A stretch of 64,000 nucleotides of DNA, from contig DIUJ01000072.1 in the NCBI GenBank assembly GCA_002422315.1, positions 39,811-103,810 of the forward strand. Reading direction: 5' to 3'. Origin of the DNA: Bacteroidetes bacterium UBA6161 (GTDB lineage: Bacteria; Bacteroidota; Bacteroidia; NS11-12g; UBA955). Below the pieces are notes generated by a model, which ran no database searches, had not been told where the DNA came from, and saw nothing but the letters and a program-made list of their open reading frames with translations. Below are positions 58,305-64,000 of the stretch, one piece after another (position 1 is the stretch's first letter; every line of letters begins with the position of its first letter). Position numbers and translations under genes: made by a program.

Positions 58305-58988
58305 ATGCCAAATAAATACTCCGATTCAATTAAAGAACTATACCTGCTTTTCGAAGAATATTCAAATACGGAAAATGCAGTGGGAATGGAAAATTACATG
58401 AAAAACAATTTTAAATTCCTAGGTATAAAAAAGCCATTGAGGGAGGAGTTAAGTAAACCGTGGATTAAAAAAATTATTCTTACACAATTTGAAGAAATAC
58501 CCCTTATCTGCAAACAACTTTGGGAAATGTATGAGAGAGAATTCCAATATGTAGCATTAGAATTGCTAAAGAAATATATAAGTAATGCTAAAATAGAATG
58601 TATAAAAGAAATAGAGTTCTTAATATGCAACAAATCCTGGTGGGACACAGTAGACCTTTTAGCTACCAATATTAGTGCAGAATATTTTCGCCTTTATCCT
58701 GAAAAAAAATTGGAATATATTGACAAATGGAACTCTTCTAACAATATTTGGTTAAACCGAAGCGCCATCTTGTTTCAGTTAAAGTACAAAAAAAGAACCG
58801 ACTTCGAACTACTCAAAGCTATTATTTCTACCCATAAAACATCCAAAGAATTTTTTATCCAAAAGGCAATTGGGTGGTCGTTGAGAGAATATGCAAAAAC
58901 AAATAAAGAAGCTGTTTTAGAATTTATAGAAACTTATCCAATAATGCCACTTAGCAAAAGAGAAGCACTTAAGCACATAAATTACTAA
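58305..58988 (+). CDS. DNA alkylation repair protein (AlkD-like HEAT repeat)
   Basis: NIWLNRSAILFQLKYKK...FFIQKAIGWSLREYAK. Confidence 0.8.
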   Translation: MPNKYSDSIKELYLLFEEYSNTENAVGMENYMKNNFKFLGIKKPLREELSKPWIKKIILTQFEEIPLICKQLWEMYEREFQYVALELLKKYISNAKIECIKEIEFLICNKSWWDTVDLLATNISAEYFRLYPEKKLEYIDKWNSSNNIWLNRSAILFQLKYKKRTDFELLKAIISTHKTSKEFFIQKAIGWSLREYAKTNKEAVLEFIETYPIMPLSKREALKHINY

Positions 58989-59911
58989 GCAAAAGTATCT
59001 TCGTTGTAAAAAATACTTAAATAGTTGTAGTAACGAGACTCATGTATTTCCCCTTTTTCTAACGCATCTAAAACCGCACACTTTGGTTCATTTATATGGG
59101 TACAATTGTGAAACTTACATTTACTCATCCTTTCTTTTATCTCTGGGAAATAATGGCCTAGTTCTTTTTTATCTATATCGATTACCCCAAAATCTCTTAT
59201 TCCAGGAGTATCAATTATTTTCGTATATTCATCTATATCAAACATTTCCGCAAAGGTAGTAGTATGTTTACCCTTTTGGTGTTGGTCTGAGATTATTCCT
59301 GTTTTAAGTTTTAATTCTGGATTTAAAGCATTTATGATAGAGGACTTTCCTGCACCAGAATGCCCACAAATGAGGGTGGTCTTATGGAACAAAAATGGTC
59401 TTAAATCTTCTATATCCTTCGCATCAAAAGAGCTCATGCAAAATGTTTGTATCCCTATCGCGTGGTAAATACTTAGCCACTCTTGCAACACTTCTTTGGC
59501 AATAGAATCATATAGGTCTACTTTATTAAATACAAGCAAAACTGGAATTTTGTATGCCTCTGCGGTCAACAAAATCCTATCTATAAACCCCATTGAAGTA
59601 GGTGGAGAAACCAAGGTAACTACAGGCATTACAAGGTCTATATTAGATGCAATTATTTGGCTTTGAGAAGACAATTTGTTAGACTTTCGGATAATATAAT
59701 TACGCCTGTGACTAAGGGTGTGAATTACCCCTATTTCCTCTTCGTTGCTTTTTTCTATATCAAACTCTACAATATCTCCAACAGCCAAGGGATTGGTAGT
59801 TTTATAACCTTCGAGTCTAAATTTCCCTCTAATTCTGCAAGCATAAGTATTTCCGTTCAAGGTTTTAACTTGAAACCAACTCCCAGTAGATTTGATAACG
59901 ACTCCTTGCAT
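58985..59911 (-). CDS. rsgA: ribosome small-subunit-dependent GTPase A
   Basis: OB fold (VGDIVEF), circularly permuted GTPase (NKVDL ... GHSGAGKSS), and Zn knuckle CKFHNCTHINEPKCAV. Confidence 0.93.
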   Translation of the reverse strand: MQGVVIKSTGSWFQVKTLNGNTYACRIRGKFRLEGYKTTNPLAVGDIVEFDIEKSNEEEIGVIHTLSHRRNYIIRKSNKLSSQSQIIASNIDLVMPVVTLVSPPTSMGFIDRILLTAEAYKIPVLLVFNKVDLYDSIAKEVLQEWLSIYHAIGIQTFCMSSFDAKDIEDLRPFLFHKTTLICGHSGAGKSSIINALNPELKLKTGIISDQHQKGKHTTTFAEMFDIDEYTKIIDTPGIRDFGVIDIDKKELGHYFPEIKERMSKCKFHNCTHINEPKCAVLDALEKGEIHESRYYNYLSIFYNEDTFA

Positions 59912-59912
59912 A

Positions 59913-59942
59913 CAAAAAAAAAGGTCGGAATAAACCGACCTT
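59913..59942 (-). terminator. rho-independent terminator of rplS
   Basis: 8-bp stem aaggtcgg/ccgacctt. An A10 run on the + strand gives a T-run after the hairpin on the - strand. Confidence 0.8.
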
Positions 59943-59964
59943 ACAAATATAATAAATTGAAGTA

Positions 59965-60312
59965 TTAACCTCTTCTTTCTTTAATTCTAGCTTTTTTACC
60001 AGTAAGTGCTCTTAAGTAATAGATTCTTGCTCTTCTTACTTTTCCGCTTCTTACCAATTCTACTTTAGATACTTTTGGGCTATTGGTAGGGAAAATTCTT
60101 TCTACTCCTACTCCGTTAGAAATTTTCCTAACTGTAAAAGTCTCCGTAGCACCTTGTCCTCTACGTTGAATTACATCGCCTTGGAATATCTGGGGTCTTT
60201 CTTTGTTACCCTCTTTGATTATATAGTGAACAGCAACTCTGTCTCCTGCTTTGAAGCTTGGTAAGTCTGTTCTTAAGGTATGAATGCCTAAATCATTAAT
60301 GCGGTTGCTCAT
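59965..60312 (-). CDS. rplS: 50S ribosomal protein L19
   Basis: [29 protein letters not shown]...[17 protein letters not shown]. Start chosen at MSNRIND. Confidence 0.95.
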   Translation of the reverse strand: MSNRINDLGIHTLRTDLPSFKAGDRVAVHYIIKEGNKERPQIFQGDVIQRRGQGATETFTVRKISNGVGVERIFPTNSPKVSKVELVRSGKVRRARIYYLRALTGKKARIKERRG

Positions 60313-60436
60313 CTTTGTAAATTTTAAGGACGGCAAAGGTATCATTTTTATTTTAACTCACAAATAGTTTTTAGGTTTTTTTTGAAAATATTTAGTTTTG
60401 TTTATCTCCTTTCCCTAATCGCTGATATACAGGAAC

Positions 60437-61528
60437 TTAAAGCCCTAGCAAAACAGATATTTTTTTAGCCACATCCGTATTGCTCATAAATCCGCTAAAA
60501 TAATAAGCTCCAGGACCCCACGCTAAAATTGGTACCATTATGGCACTGTGATCTTGAGACGAAAAAGTTGCTTTATATTTTTGTTTATCTGTTGGATCGT
60601 GGTTTAATATAGAGACAGCACCTGTCTCGTGATCTGCTGTAACCAATACCAAAGTATTGCCATCTTTTGCTGCAAAGTCAAGAACTTTTTTGAGGGTTTT
60701 GTCAAAGTCTATAGTTTCTGTAAGCATATACTCTGTATTGTTATCATGCCCTCCCCAGTCTATTTGCGAACCTTCTATCATTAGAAAGAATCCATTGCTA
60801 TCGGTTGACAAAAGGTTTAAAGCATATTCTGTAGCATTTGGCAGCCAGTCTCCCCTTCCGTTTAATACACTTGGAGGGTGCTTTTCGTTACTGTAAAAAG
60901 CTACTACCTTTTCTGAACTGGATACGGTCTTTAAGTCTTTAAAAGAAGGTATCACAGTATATCCATCTTTTTGAAGTTTCTCTATTTCAAAAAAAGGCAT
61001 TCCGCCACCCATGGCTACTTTAATATTTTTCCCGTAAAAATCATTGGCAATCTCTTTGTCCATCTCTCTGCTTGCTTGGTGAGCATAAAAAGAAGCTGGG
61101 GTTGCATGGGTAAGTGCACAGCTAACCACAATACCAGTTGCTAGATCTTTACGAATAGCTTTTTCTAAAATAGATTCAACCTTTTGTGTATCTGAATCTA
61201 CTCCTATGGCTGCATTAAAAGTTTTAACGCCACAAGCCAGCGCTGTTCCTCCTGCACCACTATCTGTGATTAAGTTGTCCGAAGAGCTAGTTTCTATAAA
61301 ACCTACCTGCTGAGCAGTTTGCATGTGGAGTTTATTTTGGGAGGCAATTCTTGCCAAATCTATTTGCGCAAGTCCCATTCCATCGCCAATTAGTAGTACA
61401 ACATTTTTTGGTCTTTGTGTAATATTTTGTGGTAACTCTTTGTATTCTACTTTAACGATTTTCTTTGGTGTACAAGCACTAGCAAAGAAAAATAGAGAGG
61501 CAAATACAACTACAAATGATTTATGCAT
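60437..61528 (-). CDS. alkaline phosphatase (PhoA family)
   Basis: VLLIGDGMGLAQ, nucleophile context ITDSGAGGTA, GSQIDWGGHDN and ADHETG. Confidence 0.9.
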   Translation of the reverse strand: MHKSFVVVFASLFFFASACTPKKIVKVEYKELPQNITQRPKNVVLLIGDGMGLAQIDLARIASQNKLHMQTAQQVGFIETSSSDNLITDSGAGGTALACGVKTFNAAIGVDSDTQKVESILEKAIRKDLATGIVVSCALTHATPASFYAHQASREMDKEIANDFYGKNIKVAMGGGMPFFEIEKLQKDGYTVIPSFKDLKTVSSSEKVVAFYSNEKHPPSVLNGRGDWLPNATEYALNLLSTDSNGFFLMIEGSQIDWGGHDNNTEYMLTETIDFDKTLKKVLDFAAKDGNTLVLVTADHETGAVSILNHDPTDKQKYKATFSSQDHSAIMVPILAWGPGAYYFSGFMSNTDVAKKISVLLGL

Positions 61529-61926
61529 TATTTAATTTTTGTTTTTACAATTATGGCGGAGGTAAATGTTCCTCTAACTTTATAGAGTAAACTTACTGCT
61601 TCTGCTCTAGAATAAAAATTTCCGGCGTAAACTTTAAACTTAGGCTCATCCCATTCTACTTCGCAAGGTATTTCGTTAGAAATTTGGCTTACAAATTTAG
61701 ACTTAATTCCGTCGGCCTTTGCTTTATCATCTGTAAATAAAAGCAATACCCTGAAACCATCCTTGGTTTTTGTTTCTAATTTTACTCTTTCTGCCTTTTT
61801 TTGGTCTTGAAGCTTTTGGATTTCTTCACTTTTTCTTAAGGTTAAACCTCCATCTTTTATCAGAAAAGCGGATACAGAAAAAAAGGCAATGCCTAACAAA
61901 GCGATCCAAATATGTTTATTTACCAT
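61528..61926 (-). CDS. SPOR domain membrane protein
   Basis: N-terminal TM (WIALLGIAFFSVSAFLI) and a C-terminal SPOR-like FRVLLLFTDDKAKADGI...KVYAGNFYSRAEA. Start chosen at MVNKHIW. Confidence 0.7.
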   Translation of the reverse strand: MVNKHIWIALLGIAFFSVSAFLIKDGGLTLRKSEEIQKLQDQKKAERVKLETKTKDGFRVLLLFTDDKAKADGIKSKFVSQISNEIPCEVEWDEPKFKVYAGNFYSRAEAVSLLYKVRGTFTSAIIVKTKIK

Positions 61927-64000
61927 GACATTGTTTGTATTTTTTGCCACTACCACAAGGGCAAGGGTCATTTCTTCCAACTAATTTCTCGGTTTTTATG
62001 GGGGCTTGAGTAGCTTTTGGGGCATCTGAAGCAGAGGCGTTTTCTGCAACTTCTGTTCTAGAGGTTTGCAAAGGAGCTTGTTTTTTAACCACTGGTTTAG
62101 ACTCTTTTACTTCTTGCTCATCTGTTTCTATTCTAGCTTTAAACAAAAAGGATAACACATTGTGGTTCATTCTAGAAACAAAGGATTGGAAAAGATTAAA
62201 TGCTTCTAGTTTATAAATTAAGAGAGGGTCTTTTTGCTCAAAGACTGCGTTGTTAGCAGATTGTTTCAGATCATCCAACTCTCTTAAATGCTCTTTCCAT
62301 TCATCGTCTATAGAGGTAAGGGTTACATTTTTCTCAAAAGAATTTACAATTGCTCTTCCTTCTGACTGCAAAGCTTCTTGTAAGCTACACACCACACCCA
62401 TGCCTTTTAGTCCATCGCCAAAAGGAACTACCACATTTTCTATAGTGCTTCCTTCTTTGCTTGCTATTTGCTGCAATACAGGTAGGGCTTGTAAAATAAT
62501 TTTGTCGTTTTTGGTTTTGTATTGCAATTGGAAATCCAAAAACAATTCCTCAGCTATCTCAGAAATATTTCCTTTTTTAAATTGGGTTTCTTCTATTGCT
62601 ACATCTACAGAAAGTGTTTTGTAGCACTCCATTTTAAACCCTTCAAAATCTTCGGCATCTCTATAATTTCCTAATTGCTCTTCTATCCAATCATAAAGCA
62701 TGTTTTGAATATCTAAGCCTAGTTTTTCACCAAACAAAGCATTTTTTCTGCGGCTATATACCACATTCCTTTGTTTGTTCATTACGTCGTCATACTCTAG
62801 GAGCCTTTTTCTTGTTCCGAAGTTATTTTGTTCTACTTTGCGCTGAGCTCTTTCTATATTTTTACTCAAAAGTGAATGTTGCAATACCTCGCCTTCTTTG
62901 TAGCCTAATCTATCCATTACTCTGGAAGCCCTATCAGAGCCAAACAAACGCATAAGATTGTCTTCTAAGGAAACAAAAAACTGAGAAGAACCTGGATCTC
63001 CCTGCCTTCCTGCTCTACCTCTCAACTGCCTGTCTACCCTTCTGGACTCGTGTCTTTCTGTACCCAAAATTGCCAAACCTCCTGCTTGTTTTACTTGCTC
63101 AGAAATTTTAATGTCGGTACCTCTACCAGCCATGTTGGTAGCAATAGTTACAGCGCCTGGCAAACCTGCTTCGGCTACTATTTCTGCTTCCCTTTGGTGT
63201 TGTTTTGCATTTAATACATTGTGTTTTATTTTACGAAGTTGCAACATTCTGCTTAGCAACTCTGATACCTCCACAGAGGTGGTACCCACAAGTACTGGCC
63301 TGCCTAGGGTAGTAAGTTCTACAATATGGTCTATTACTGCATTGTATTTTTCTCTTGTTGTTTTGTACAACAAGTCTTCCAAGTCGTTTCTAACTATAGG
63401 TCTATTGGTAGGAATTACTACCACATCCAGTTTATAAATTTCCCAAAACTCTCCTGCTTCTGTTTCTGCAGTACCTGTCATACCTGCAAGTTTATGGTAC
63501 ATTCTAAAGAAGTTTTGTAAGGTAATTGTGGCATAGGTTTGGGTAGCTGCTTCAATTTTTACATTTTCTTTTGCTTCTATGGCTTGGTGAAGTCCATCGG
63601 AATATCTTCTACCATCCAGAACCCTACCTGTTTGTTCATCTACAATTTTTACTTTGCCATCTTGTACAATATATTCTACATCTTTTTCAAACAAGGTGTA
63701 TGCTTTTAAGAGCTGGTTTACAGCATGCAATCTTTCTGATTTCACGGAAAAATTTCGCATTACCACATCTTTTCTTTCTCGTTTTTCCTCTTCTGTAAGT
63801 GTGCTTTTTTCTATATCTGCCATTTCCGAACCCACATCTGGCATCACAAAAAAGTGAGGATCTTCTCCTCCAACAGTAATGGTTTCAATGCCTTTGTCGG
63901 TAAGTTCTATGCTGTTGGTTTTTTCGTCAATTACAAAAAACAGCTCTTCGTCTACTTTATGCATTTCTTTTTGACGGTCTTGCAAGTAGTAGTTTTCGGT
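61916..64000 (-). CDS. secA: preprotein translocase ATPase SecA, C-terminal part (N-terminus beyond the window)
   Basis: The frame is open to the window end. DEAD-motor motifs (GMTGTA, TNMAGRGTDI, RGRAGRQGDPG) and the C-terminal zinc motif CPCGSGKKYKQCHGK. Confidence 0.96.
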   Translation of the reverse strand, partial: TENYYLQDRQKEMHKVDEELFFVIDEKTNSIELTDKGIETITVGGEDPHFFVMPDVGSEMADIEKSTLTEEEKRERKDVVMRNFSVKSERLHAVNQLLKAYTLFEKDVEYIVQDGKVKIVDEQTGRVLDGRRYSDGLHQAIEAKENVKIEAATQTYATITLQNFFRMYHKLAGMTGTAETEAGEFWEIYKLDVVVIPTNRPIVRNDLEDLLYKTTREKYNAVIDHIVELTTLGRPVLVGTTSVEVSELLSRMLQLRKIKHNVLNAKQHQREAEIVAEAGLPGAVTIATNMAGRGTDIKISEQVKQAGGLAILGTERHESRRVDRQLRGRAGRQGDPGSSQFFVSLEDNLMRLFGSDRASRVMDRLGYKEGEVLQHSLLSKNIERAQRKVEQNNFGTRKRLLEYDDVMNKQRNVVYSRRKNALFGEKLGLDIQNMLYDWIEEQLGNYRDAEDFEGFKMECYKTLSVDVAIEETQFKKGNISEIAEELFLDFQLQYKTKNDKIILQALPVLQQIASKEGSTIENVVVPFGDGLKGMGVVCSLQEALQSEGRAIVNSFEKNVTLTSIDDEWKEHLRELDDLKQSANNAVFEQKDPLLIYKLEAFNLFQSFVSRMNHNVLSFLFKARIETDEQEVKESKPVVKKQAPLQTSRTEVAENASASDAPKATQAPIKTEKLVGRNDPCPCGSGKKYKQCHGK

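Overview
This window looks like ordinary chromosome from a low-GC Bacteroidota genome (Flavobacteriia/Cytophagia-like). Supporting signs are TAnnTTTG -7 promoter boxes, T9SS C-terminal sorting domains of both type A and type B, a SprE/PorW-like gene, DUF1573 and DUF4293 genes, and an atp operon split after atpG.

Coding density is high and most genes are housekeeping:
- Replication, repair and translation: dnaB, radA, rsmA, rsgA, rplS.
- Proteostasis and secretion: clpC, clpS, sppA, secA (3' part).
- Envelope and energy: a class A PBP, mgtE, atpBEFHAG, exbB-exbD-exbD.

Reading by eye, I found no rRNA, tRNA, CRISPR array, transposase, integrase, phage gene or recognisable defence system. I therefore cannot claim a clear novel system. 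The candidates most worth follow-up, in my order:
1. A DUF1800/DUF1501 pair. The DUF1501 member carries both a twin-arginine leader and a T9SS type A sorting domain.
2. A roughly 690-bp ORF-free gap between the rhomboid gene and clpS. It contains a 15-bp long-range helix and a GC-enriched patch, so it may hold an unclassified RNA or miniature element.
3. A degenerate-LytM protein, a bactofilin and atpZ packed directly in front of the F-ATPase operon.
4. A five-gene two-component cluster next to a 1136-aa surface protein with three lamin-tail domains and a T9SS type B sorting domain.
5. A perfect 13-bp inverted repeat bracketing an orphan ORF downstream of a YqiJ-like/flotillin operon.
6. Two perfect DnaA boxes between dnaB and clpC.

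All family assignments come from motif recognition in the supplied translations, not from searches.
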